A stretch of 64,000 bases of DNA from Raillietiella orientalis. Its lineage: Eukaryota. Each line of letters starts with the position of its first letter. The first letter of the stretch is position 1. Position numbers and translations under genes: made by a program. The stretch is taken from NCBI GenBank assembly GCA_036172245.1, contig JAYWIR010000017.1, forward strand, positions 434,001 to 498,000, read 5' to 3'. Positions 1-11,852 of the stretch are shown one piece after another. Under the pieces are notes generated by a model. The model saw only the letters and a program-made list of their open reading frames with translations, did no database searches and had not been told where the DNA came from.

Positions 1-810
1 TCCAGGAGAACATCCTCTCATCCCTCATTACTGCAGAGAGCAACCATATGTCTATGTCGACTCGGTCCTTTATTCTGCACCGGAAGTAGGGCGAGGCACC
101 TCAGGTATTCATTTCTTGAAGAGGGAACATTTGAAGAGCTGGTAGGAAAATCTTCGCTTTTCTGAAGCTGCTCATCAAATAAAATCAGATCCACGAACAC
201 TGAGGTGCTCTAGCAGATCAAATCTCGATCGTCAAGTCCCGATTCCTAGATTTCAGCACCGAGGGAACCATTTCCTTCCTTCGAAAAGGGCGGAAATCTT
301 TCCTCCTGCTAAACCTCGTGCATTTTTTTTTTTTTTTCCATGAGACGTGTCCACCGTGTCAGCTGCTTGTTTCGCATTATCATCCCTTGTTTGTAGTCAG
401 ACATGATCTCTTCAGACATCGGTACGGAGATGCTCGCGCCATATTTCCGATGAAAAGGCGCCCTTTTTGGGTTCACCTACGGTTGCAATCCATCTTCCAG
501 CAGCTTTAAGGAGGTGCAACTCTCCTCCAGTATCTCAGTGCGACAATTCATGCTTTTCCAAATAGCAGAAACTCCGTTTGCTCCAGACGGATGGTAGAGA
601 CAGAGGATGATGGAGCGAATGATGGGATGGTAGACAGCAATGCTCAGAAACTGATGGAAGGGAGGGAAAGCTCATGATCAGTCGAAGGGTTCTCTCTTGC
701 CATCAAAAGCATTTTCTATTAGTTCGTATCATGACGGCACATCCACCGAGTTTTCTAAAAACTGCTGGGCAGGAATTTCATGGCGCACTGCTAGGGATGG
801 TGGAAATCTT

Positions 811-1582
811 TTTGTGTTCTTTTCTGTTTTCTCTTTTTTCCTTCCAGCTTTTTTTTCTTTCTTTTTTTTGGTTCGCTGAGTACTTCAAGAACCATCGTTC
901 GCCTGCAGCTCATGAAGCCCTTTAACGCTGTTCATCGCCATCCGGGGTTGCGTGCTAACTCTTCAAGTTAGAAAGTACCCCGGGGAGAGACCATTCGATG
1001 TAATCCAGGAAGGCTCCAGAGGAAGAAGCTTGTTCCTCTCACGCTTGAGAGGGGAAACGTCTTCCTTATTCTCTCCGGAAGGACCCTCCGAAGGGGGCCT
1101 CTCCTCATTTCTTCTGCGGAAGAACTCCCCAGAAAGGATCGGCTCCTTGTTTCTCCCCAATTTTCTCTGGAGGGTCGCCCCCAGAGGGAGCAGGGCACTT
1201 CTTTACACTCTGGAGAGGTATCAATCCGCCAACTCCATGGTACAAGACGGAGGGGGTCCCTTCAGAGAAAGGTGGTGATGCGTTCATTTGCACAACCTCA
1301 GGGGAGCTCCAAAGGGAACCTACTCCTTGATTCTGATTCTTGGAAGGACCCTGGACGGTCAACTCTCAATCCTGGCCGCTCATCGGTGGGCATCCGGTTT
1401 TTCAGCAGCGCCGCACCCGAAGACGGGCCAACGAGCGTCATCTCGCGGGAGGAACTCGAAACCTACGACGCACCCATTTGTCTGACGTCGATCTTTTCCC
1501 CGGGTGGGTTTCGAACCCGCAACGCACTTGGTACCCCGGACGGAGACCGCAGCCACAGGGTCTCCGACGCGGGCAGAATCGA
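811..1582 (-). mobile_element. tRNA-derived long SINE-like retroposon, family A, copy 1 (apparently full length)
   Basis: The minus strand starts with a tRNA-like head: degenerate A-box TGCCCGCGTCGG, then B-box GGTTCGAAACC near 1507-1517. It ends ...GTACTCAGCGAACC followed by an A-rich tail (T-rich 811-869 on +). Flanked by GTGGAAATCTT (800-810) and GTGGAATTCTT (1583-1593), a candidate TSD matching 10/11. Homologous to 14206-15053, 29500-29837 and 59633-61500. Confidence 0.75.
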
Positions 1583-1963
1583 GTGGAATTCTTCCTTCAA
1601 GATGGTCAGATTGGAACATTAGTTCGTTACCCAACTACATCCTCGATACTCGAATTGTTATTCGAGTTATTTGCAATGAGCAGTGTCATTGCATGGATCA
1701 TAAACTCATGTGCTAGTGAGATCTCAAAGAATGTAGGCTCAATTGCGCATATGCAGGCATTTGTGTCATTTGCAAAAAGAAAAGTGATTGCGACACGAAA
1801 AATAGAAGCCAACAGAAATATTATGGATGAAGGTCACGTTAACTCAATCTTAAAGCAAAGTGCTGTTAGACTCATTCACAATCATTTAGGGCACTTACTA
1901 AATAAAACCAACGCTGATGAGAAAAATTCTCCCCAGCCTGTGGCTCTGATGTGCGAGAACTGA

Positions 1964-2140
1964 TGGGACTTCCCAGATTTCAATTGGACAGTTTTGTCCC
2001 AAAATTTTGGTGGGGCTTTCCGGATTTATAACTGGGCAGTTTGTCCCAAATTTTTTCCAGGGGAGACGAGATGCGTCAAAGAGACTCTCTCAGGATTGTC
2101 GGGATAGTCCTTTATTTCAGGGTTATTTGGATCATCCGTT
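1964..2140. repeat. Two imperfect ~47-bp tandem units plus a GGGAC/GTCCC-rich end resembling a decayed hAT-type transposon terminus
   Basis: TGGGACTTCCCAGATTTCAATTGGACAGTTTTGTCCCAAAATTTTGG (1964-2010) is followed by TGGGGCTTTCCGGATTTATAACTGGGCAGTTTGTCCCAAATTTT (2011-2056). The tandem is directly visible; the hAT assignment is inference. Confidence 0.4.
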
Positions 2141-5100
2141 TTCCTCTGGAGTTGTTTTTCTTTGAGAGTCGTTCGCATCCGCGACGCTTGATGTCACTCG
2201 CGGAGACGGCAACCACATGACCTCAGACGAGGATGAGGATGCCGCCTCCAATATTAGTCTTATATCTATACCGGAATTTCATGGAGCGTTACCGTGAACT
2301 TCTGGCGTAGTCACAAGAGCGGCTTTTGGAAAACTCAGTGGATGTGGACGTCATAATCCGAACGAATACAAGATGGTTTGGTTAGGACAGAGAAAATGGT
2401 TTGATTCCGGTATAGGCATAGGTATAAGAGAGCACTGCCTGCTCTAAGAATTTTTATGACTGATTTTTTGGTGCATATTCTGGAGAATCTGGCAGCAAAA
2501 TGGTCTGAACTATCATTGGTACATTAATAATGGGAAACTTGAATAGTCAGAGTCGGTGACTTCTGTGTTGGGGACGCTTTCAATGCTGGACTCTTGTAAA
2601 TTTAGGATCGCGTCTTCCGCAGGTGCCATACGAATAAGGACTGCTACTGCGAGAAAAGTTGAAAAGGTATTTCAGGATACGTTGCGAAAAACGCACTTTT
2701 GGAAGAAAGGCAACCACTGATCAGGGGTATATGATGACAGTTGAAAGTGGATCGCTGGAAAGGCTATCCTGAACTTTCCACACCCTTCGTTAAAGGTGAC
2801 TCTTGTTCTAGGCATGTGGTCTCCAGACGATGAGCATGCAAGCATTCGTACGGTTTTTATACGGAGGAAATGCTTGCTCCGTGGAAGCTATTCCTCCTCA
2901 TTGCGGCTCGCTCAGAGAAGCCATTAGATAAAGTGGAGTATGAAGTTCTGGAGGGAGAAAGTCAGTGCAAAAGGTAGGAGCAGAAACCAGGAATCTGGTT
3001 AAGAACTAATGTCATTCCTCGATTGCAGTGACTACTAATAACAATGGTGTTAAAATATATTAGTAGGCTGTGAATAAAAGTAGTCACTGCGTACCAATAT
3101 TTACAATGAGGGCAATGGAGTCCTCTCCAATAACATCTTGAAATTCTTGCACAATTCACATGGAGGGGCTCCATCAAATCTCTGTTCATCTCCAAACGAA
3201 CGAAAGTAATTTCGTTTTGCAGGAGCAGGAAACAGCACGATAACAAATAGACATTTCAATGGTGTCCATAGAATCCTGGGATGCCGCTTTCCCCTTCTAC
3301 CGTGGAGCCAAGACAAGATGAGTATTGGGAAGGGGAACGTAAGGGAAGGTTGGGCGCATTCGATTCACAGGAAAGCTGACTATGCGAGTGATCGTGGGGA
3401 TTGCAGATGGAATTCTCTCATTCACAACAGCACATATGAAGGTTCAACGAGACAGTTTAAATCTTGGTTTCAGGTTTCCTTTCCGTCGCTGTATAACCTC
3501 ATGAATTTGTCCAATTCTGTGCTCAGCAATATAGCAGCGAACGTATGCATTTGGAGGCGCAGCTGTTAACTGCCTGCGCTGGTGGTGCGCTGCGAAGGAC
3601 AGCCAGCGACATCCCATCGAAGCCATTGCAGAAACACGCAGGAAGAAAAAGTCCCGCTGAGAGACATCTTCATGCTTTTCATGAGATCTACCTAACACTC
3701 GTCAGCTCTAATTCATGACCCATTTCCTTAATCCCGCTGGCGTTAGCAATCACTTTTTCTCGATCAGTGAGCTTCGAGTGAACACCCAGCTGAATCGGGT
3801 TTGCGTCCAAATGTACCTCAGCTTGGATTCAAGTTGAGCAAAATGCAAGTCCACTGTACTCTATAAAATAGAACAATGATCCCATAGTTACTGCACATGT
3901 TTGAAAGCTTCCGATGAAATCAGGATGGGCTATTCAGACTTTCATTCACTGAAAGAGCTCATGCCATGCTTTAAAATCAGCGACTAATCCTAATTTGTCC
4001 CATCACAGATCCTTACAGAGAGCAATGCGGCTGGGGATCCCTGTAAAAAGCATTCGATTCGAGTTGCCAATTCCTCATGTAGTCTGGAAAACAGGAAACT
4101 TCCGTTCTCTCAACTATTCCTCTAACTGGAAAGAAGAAGGGTGCCTGGCTCTGCCTGCAAGACATGTCTAAAGATAACCAGCAAGAAAGAAAGCGAAGGA
4201 TATCCACGATAAGAAGTTCCTAAAACACCTTGCTTCTAAGTTGTATCACGGAAGAGGAATGCCTCACGGACTTATCAGACACGTGCCTACATAGGGAATC
4301 CGAAACGGGAAGGATTTCCTTATCCCTGTAATAAGAATAAATGGAGAGAAAACATGCACTGCTGAGTTTTCAGATGGCCAACACTCATGTGTGAAACGGT
4401 GAGCGCTTTTTTGAATGGACTTACAGTCATCGAATCAAGTTCCTGTGCTCTTTTACCCACTGCTGATTGCTGAATCACTATGGTTTCAGTATCAGAATGC
4501 ACACAGATAAGGAATTTCGGATGCATTGCAGCAGTTTTGCTTTCGGTCATTTATTAAGAAAGTCCAGTTCCCAACAAAAATCTCCAAAGGTGCATTTCTG
4601 ATTTGAATTTCTCAGGTGATTTGAAAATTATACTGATTCAAATGGAAAGTCTCTTCTAGGTCCATTTTTACTGAAGAAAAGGAAAAACAGCTTCGGCTAA
4701 TCTTTGGGGTTATGAAAATTCTTGCCATATGCTTCGTAATTTTCCTTATAAAGACAGCCTAATTGGGTCATCCAGATCGAAGAGCAGGTTACAGGCAAAC
4801 GCAAAGGATGTTTGAATTTCGGTATTTTTCCGATCGAAAACACGGAATACATTGCCCAAGGCGGCCGAGTATGAGCTTTCCCAGCTGCTCAGTAGTTGGT
4901 GCAGTATGGAGCATTCAAACTACCACGCCGAACTGAAGTTTAGTGGTTTATAAGTGTGCTCCAGATTACTCGGCAGATTGGCAAATTCCGTGATTCTGTG
5001 ATCCATCCGATTGCGACAACTGACCGGTTGATTCTTCCCGGGGGAAAACTCACTTCTTGCTTTTTGTGTGTAGAAACGCTTTGACATTGCAAAACCAATC

Positions 5101-5341
5101 CAGCAGTTCCTTCTGGCGCTGCGTCATCTCATCTTGCAAGAAGCGCAACCTTTCCTCGTACTCCTGTTGCTTCCGCTCGGCTTGCTCGCGTGCAGCTATT
5201 CCTCGCTGAAGTTCCTCCTTTTCCTGCTGCTTGGCCACACGTTCCTCTTGGACCTGGGTCTTCATCTGCTGAACTTCGATCGTGTCCGGCTTACAGCGAC
5301 GCATGTAGAGCTCGTGGTTGCCCATGCAGAGTGCCAAGATG
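5101..5341 (-). pseudogene. Moe: Isolated moesin/ERM-family coding fragment (end of FERM domain and start of the alpha-helical region)
   Basis: Translates to [72 protein letters not shown], matching the ERM signature [27 protein letters not shown]. The conserved RRR is changed to RRC (TGT, consistent with CpG decay). There are no AG/GT splice sites at the homology edges and no other ERM exons in the window. Flanked by the direct repeat CCAATC (5095-5100, 5342-5347). Confidence 0.85.
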
Positions 5342-7784
5342 CCAATCATCAATGCGAAACACCATCTCAACTGACTTCGAAAGCTCATCCTTCTATTATT
5401 CTAAGTTTCAGTTCATCGGATGAAGCACCTTTTTTCGTTGTATTGGAGCAATAAATTTCAGGTACGGATCAGGAGAAAGGAAGACTTTCCACTTTAGCAC
5501 ACGAAGAAAATGCTTCCCCGAGAATCACATCTGAAGAAATTGCATCTGCTGATAATTTTCTCGGTAAATTCTATCTTCTCTCTTCCCAGACTCAACGTTC
5601 CTTACTCGGAAGCTAGCCAACCTATCTTGCTCACAGACTTTGAAAAGCACCAATGGCAAGTCTTCAAAGAGATGTCTTGCAGGATCATCAATGGAAGTTG
5701 ACTTTTTTTCAAACTGCAGGAATTTAGAAAAGACAACCTCATTGCTTTAAAGAAAAGAACAATAATAAAAAAAAATGGTTCTATTGAAAATCGTACATTG
5801 CTCATAAGAGTTTAGTCGATTCGTAGAAAGTCCAAGAGCGTGTATCGTTGCTCTTGTTTGAAACATCAGCGAAATTCCCCACTGCCCCTACATCGACTAC
5901 GATATGCGGGAAACGAGCACTCCAGACGAAATACTATCGTCAACACATGTCGACATCTTCCCTTTCCATCCACTGTGAGCATCAGAGTTTCCTCGAAGGA
6001 TGCGTCGAGCTAGCTACTTGTGTTTCCAATCCGGTGTTGGTGCTGAATATTGTAGCTTTCTTGAGCCAGGAAGCTTGCTTTGATCCTTCGGACCTCATAA
6101 CCACATCAGGCCGTCCTCATGATGAGTGCGTTTAAGGCCTTTCAAGATATAATCAGTTCACAGAAAATTCCATGATTCTAATAGACGCGAACTCAAACTT
6201 CGCACATTGAATAAGAAAGTATCCCGCGTTTTTTTTTTTTTTCCGCGAATTCTCTCCATGTCACACCAAATGCACAGACAAAGAAAAGAAAAATCTGAGT
6301 AAACCTTCAAAAAGTCATATTCATTCTCAGAAGAATCATCTTAATGCATTGTCCGCAGGGTTATCCGTTATCCACAGGATAGCAACGATCATGTGCTCTC
6401 CAGACCATCTCTCTGTTTCGAGTATTTTCATAGCTGTGGACTTCCTCCATCTGGAAAATCGATCCTGAGATTGTGAAGCAAACAGTGACACGCGGTGACT
6501 TCTGGAAACTCATCACTCCGCTCTTCCTCCAGGACCGTCGGTTTCTCCAATGCAAAAGTCTTCAGCCAACTTATTATTGCAGGCATTCCAATCGAATGGC
6601 GAGTACTAGTAATAGAGTGATGCTTCGCTGATGGTTTCCGGAAAGTGAGGCTGGTTCGTTTGGAGCCAAAAGTGCAATGGAGAGAACCGGGGAATCCCGA
6701 TTCGCAATTCCTGCGTTTCGAGCAAGCTGACGGTGGGGTCGTACTTTCCCTGTGGATGTGGACACTTCCACTTTACCGCGAGCGTTCAGCCGCGCCGAAA
6801 AACGTGGTCCGTCTCCTTTTCCTGACCCTGTTCACAAAGGATTCTACCACTTTTATCCTACCGTCCTATCTTCCATAGACGCGTTACTTAATATGTACAT
6901 ATACCCCAAAATAAATCTTGATGATTACCTCATACTAAATTACGATATTTGTTGTATAATTAAAAAGTGTAAAGATTGAAAAACACAAGAATTTTTAAAG
7001 TCGCTGTCAACACAGCTCCTTACAATTTATACTCCCTCTTAATTCAATCTACTCTCGTCGTTATTCGTTTCATTCCGAAGGTAATGTTAGCCTATCACCA
7101 AATGAAAATTTGAGTGACCAGTTTGGAGGTGAGGCATTTATTTTGAATCTGAAACGTCAACCGACATCACTTACGCGCACAAGCATAAATAGCTCAATTT
7201 TGAGCCGTCCAAATATCGACTCACAGCTACGCTCATGATCAGACAAAAAAATCTTCTTGATTTGATTGGATTGGAAAGATCTCCCGTTTTCAGGAGAAAA
7301 ATCTCCCCAGTCTAACAAACTTTATCATACATTTAACCGAAAAGTTTCATCGTATGATTAAAGTCAAATAGCTCAAAGTCTATATATATAATAAACCAAA
7401 AAGAAGCCCCAAACAGCTCAGTCTATGAGTCAATGGTCTTACTGTAAGGGTTTCCAGCGAATCGGCGCGTCTTTCCAGCTATCCACTGACTTCTGAGTTC
7501 ACCTGTCGCTTCCCATTCTACTTAATGATTCAGTTTTATAGTTAAGCAGGTAGGCATCGCATCTGGGATCTCCTCCCCGCTCGATAAGGGTCAGCACCAA
7601 TAGACAAACCAGGGGGTACTTCTTCAAAACGGGATATCAAATCAGCATCCAGCGAAGCGCGCATGATCAAGTGAGACGCAACCAACGAATCGCATCTGGA
7701 ATCTAGAAAGGAACAACACGAAACTTCCTACTGACATACAGTCACTTCGATGAGTTCCCGAAATCTTCGCTTGCTGGTACCTCT

Positions 7785-7950
7785 ACGTCACAACAACGGG
7801 GAGAATCATTTCAGAGCTATTATGATGGAATCACTATACAAGACGGTGGTACTGTGCTCCTGAAAGACAGGAATCTGGTTTTCCAGCACCATATTGTATA
7901 ACGATTTTATCATAATAGCTCTAAAATGATTCTCCCTGTTGTTGTGACGT
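7785..7950. repeat. Foldback/MITE-like inverted repeat (64-bp arms, 38-bp spacer)
   Basis: ACGTCACAACAACGGGGAGAATCATTTCAGAGCTATTATGAT... (7785-7848) is the near reverse complement of 7887-7950 (...ATCATAATAGCTCTAAAATGATTCTCCCTGTTGTTGTGACGT). The mismatches are mostly transitions. Confidence 0.85.
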
Positions 7951-9330
7951 GCAGCTTCCTATGGAGCTTCTGGAATACACGACTCCGATTCTCCAAGAAT
8001 AAGTATCTTCGAAATTAGGAATCAGAGAGCCCTCGTCCTCCCAAAGGTGCATCGGTTTCCAAGTGGTCCAGATGCCACTTTAGAATCGCTAATAAATATA
8101 AAGTGCTAATGAAGCCAATACAGAAGGATGGTGGAGATGGATGGAAGTTTTCAAGAAGCCCCCATCTACGCATCGAAGCGAAGCGGTGGTTATTTGATGT
8201 TCAAGAAGATGATGAGATTTGAAGGATTGCTGATAAGGATGACAGGCAGTGTGATTCGTTCATCGTTGATGACGGGATCAGATGCCTTTTGATCACCTGG
8301 CTGACGAGACAAAACCACATAGCGGCGTCAGGAACATGGAAACGAAACCTGCCTGTTCTTCAAGAGCGCTGCGACCTGCACGGTAGTAATGACGCACTGG
8401 AATCTTTCTGATTCCTCTATGCTTCCGTTCTACTCGAATTTTAAGGTGCCGAGGTGGTATTTGATTCAGCAGATCAATTCAGCATCCTGATTTTGGCGAT
8501 CAGGTCTTTCGACCTTTTGGTAGCATTCATTGGCAACGAAACTCCCTGTCTGTCCTTCCTGTATTTGAAGTTAACTCGTCAGTATCATCATTTATGTGTT
8601 GCAAGGCCGGAACAGCACTGAGACCAAACTGCTCGAAAGTTCTCGAGTTGTCGATTGGTTTATTCTTTTCTTGGATTTTCTTCAGGACATACGTTGGCAG
8701 GAGAACTCAACTGAGGAGAAGTTTGATCATCCATCTTTTCGTTATTCGGGTGTTCTGATCACCTGTAATTAGAGGAATTTTTGTCCGGAAAATGGAAACA
8801 GCTTCTCAACTCTGCACAGAAAAGTGCCGGCAGTACCAAGACTTGCTGGAAAGGTATACCTGTGGTACTTCTCGAACTTCGACGCTGTCAGCAGAGGCGT
8901 TTAAAGATCATTCATGACATCAGTTGGGCATGGAGACGTACTATCCTTGCTTTCCGAAAACCAGGCTGCGGGTGGATTACAATCAAAGAGATTCTCAAAG
9001 TCTTGCATTTTTTGGGTAGAGTGCAGGATGGCATCACACCAAGGGTCAGCAACGTGAACTGAGGTTCCCATTTCGGCATTTTGCATCGTCCAAACTCTTC
9101 TGGCGTTACCTTCACCGTTCTTGTCATGCAGAGACTCTTCTTGAGAAAGCTGCACGGATGATAATTCCTTTAAGGTCACGAATCGAACACGCAAGAGGAA
9201 ACAAACTGCTTTCGGATCTGTGAGGAGAGTGGGGGTCTTCGCTTTCTTTTGGCTTCAGCACGTGGACTCCGGTCTCATCGGTCTACGCACCAACAACCAT
9301 GCAGGCTCCATGTCTTTTGTTTTCCTTGGC

Positions 9331-9500
9331 TTTTTTTTTTAGGACGTGGTAGGGCCGAGAGTTCTACACAAAAAATGCAAATTTATTATCTTTATACTAA
9401 ATACTCCGGCAAACCCGGGTGAAAAATGTAGGCACCATTTCACCACCTGGAGCTCGGTCCAGGCAGGCAGCCCAAGGACATTTTATAAGGTAAAAAAAAA
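9331..9500 (-). mobile_element. Possible 3' end of a polyadenylated retroposon
   Basis: The minus strand has AATAAA (TTTATT near 9382-9387 on +), then an inverted repeat (9349-9367), then A10 (T10 at 9331-9340). The 5' boundary is uncertain. Confidence 0.3.
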
Positions 9501-10624
9501 AAAAAAAGGATTCGGCAATGGATCCCCCTGTTGAGCAGAGAGAGCTTAAGGTGCTTAAGGCTTAATCGCATATGCATGTTTTCTTGAGCCTGTTTGCATT
9601 AGATTGCTGCGTGTCTCAGGGAAACTCAGGTCAAGGGTACATAAAAGATGAGCTGCTTGCACCATCTAATTGCTCTTAATTTAGATTTTCGATGATTCTC
9701 GGTAACAAGAAGTAGTGTTCTGTATTCTGGTAGATACCAAACACGATTCAGGGATATATTGCACTCACGTGCACACATGAGTCATCTCAATCAGGAAGAT
9801 CCCTTTCTTTTTTTTAAAACCGAAGGCGAAGAAAGAAAGCGAAAGTTCCTATAGAAGAGTAAGCATTCTACAGTTGGTTAAATAAAAAATGCCTCTGTGT
9901 TTGCAGTTTACCGTTAGATAAAAAATCTTGAAATCGGCACCCAGATTTACTCCGCAGTGTCTCGTGGTCAGTGACTTGGATCCAAGTTTTAAGGAAGTCT
10001 AGGAACAAATCCAGGAAACAGCAAACCGAAGCTCAAGTTTTTGTCAAGTTCATGTGATGACACGACCTAGAGTTTTTGCGAATAGGATTTTTCATTAGAC
10101 CGAGGTCACGTTTGCATCGCTGGGTTCAGATGAGCGCAGCAACACAAAAAAATTTCCTCCTGTTGCCATTGGTTTCTGCCGTGTACTCCAAGTGCTGCCC
10201 CGAAAGCAGGGAAGAGTAAGATGGCCTTTTTTTGAAGCTATCTGAAGATTTGGATAAGAAGCAGCAGCAAAAGAAGCGGCATTTTTTTTGAATTGCTTTG
10301 ACTGTTTCTTTATCATAAATTACAATTCAATCTTTCGGTTATAGAATCGACAATTTTAAAATTAGCTTAATGCTAAAGTTTGCTTTCAGCTCGATCTCTA
10401 AAAATAAGCATTTACTACTGACAAAATCGCTTATATAGAATGAATCATGTTTTCTATTGCAGCTTGAAAGCTAATATTCATCCTAATTTTTTCAATTCCC
10501 TAGTGATGCTTACACCCAGCATCATCAAAAGTGGCTGGAGACTAGCAGCACCCCTTGAAAGGGCTTGTTAAAAGCTTGTATGCACTCCAGCACAGTTGTT
10601 TTTGCTACTGTTTGAGTAGGCGAA

Positions 10625-10825
10625 TCCAAATCTGGTTTTGCCGGCACTATGGAAATTCTTCAGCATCTTCTGGGCTCTCATCCAGCATTTCGCGATGATA
10701 CCCAACATGCCACAATGATACAGCAAAGTAATAGCCATTTTTCATCTCCAGCAGCAGTGGAAAATCAACCAGTCTCGAACGGTAAAGGGAAATCCCAATT
10801 TAGAAGCTCACGGAGTATCCAATTA
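10625..10825 (-). mobile_element. Highly decayed mariner-like transposase fragment
   Basis: One frame reads WILREL...G*FSTAAGDEKWLL...PAKPDL. This resembles the mariner motifs WVPHEL, TGDEKW and AKP.LH in the right order, with stops and altered spacing. Confidence 0.35.
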
Positions 10826-11822
10826 TGGGAAACAGCTATTTGATTTCTTGACAGCATGGAGCTGGGAAAGTAACCACTATCGATTTCATCATATTCTGGC
10901 AAATCGAAGTTCTACTTGAGATAATCATCACCTTTCTGTGTGGCAGATTCCACATCCACACTGGAAACCAAAGTTTCATATGTTCTTGGGAGGAAACAAT
11001 CTCAATACGAAGACGCGCATCTAGTTGATACAAACCCGATGGATTGCCGTCATTCCGTCACGTCCTGACCATCTGCACGCTTCCGAGACCCTCAAATTCA
11101 AACTAGTACAGTACAGGGAAGGATGTGACGAGAACTGCTTCTTTTTAGTTGCAGAGTGGCCGTTCATACCAAAGAGTTTCTTTGCGAATTCAAAGTTGAA
11201 AGGTAGATGGCAGAAGACACGATTTTGTAATCGGCAGAAAGAAATGTCTCTTAAAAAAAAAAGGTACAATGACATAAGCAATATGGATGACTTTCACACC
11301 GGTATTATAAGTCTATCAAAGAGTGCATATGTGACTCATATGAAAATGTTGAGGTTTAATGTTGAGGTCATGCACTGAACCGCAGCGCAGCAGCTTTTCA
11401 GAAAAATCCACATGAATTTTGTGGACAACTTAACATAATTTTTGCCATGCCATTAATTTTTTGGGCGTGTACTCATCGACACCTTGAGGTAGTTTCGAGC
11501 TCGTCATGTGCACTTTGCAATCTCTTTGCTGAAGGCCATGTCCCATGGTCTTCGGTGATTGTGATGGACCCCTCAAGATTTGCTGATACGTAGCAGGATC
11601 AGTATATCCCTACCAATGCAGTCACCCTGAGCTAGGAAAACAAGCTGTAGGTTGCTCCTTCGTCTATATGTTTCTGTATAGCGAAGTTTAGCAGCCTATG
11701 CCACGTATGTCCTGTTCCCAGAATGGTGGTTCTTTCGGATAAATTCGGGCCGTCATATTCTTCTGGAATTTGAGTGAGATACATTCTATAGGTTGTAGAG
11801 TTCTCATCCTGAGCGTGGCTCG

Positions 11823-11852
11823 TTCCTGGTTAGATCCGGATCTAACCAAGAA
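11823..11852. repeat. Perfect 22-bp palindrome (30 bp with one mismatch)
   Basis: TGGTTAGATCCGGATCTAACCA at 11827-11848 is self-complementary. Confidence 0.9.

Noticed and set aside
1272..1622. Duplicated ORFs shared with 14739-15128
   Set aside because: They are shared only because the underlying repeat is nearly identical. They are not conserved as ORFs in the diverged copies.
2950..3320. Faint CR1-like C-terminal motifs (EQRF, LPSL, TFIHSLL) on the minus strand
   Set aside because: Too degraded to support by eye.
8600..9200. Possible decayed LINE ORF1/gag knuckle region on the minus strand
   Set aside because: The key Cys/His residues are absent; the resemblance may be chance.
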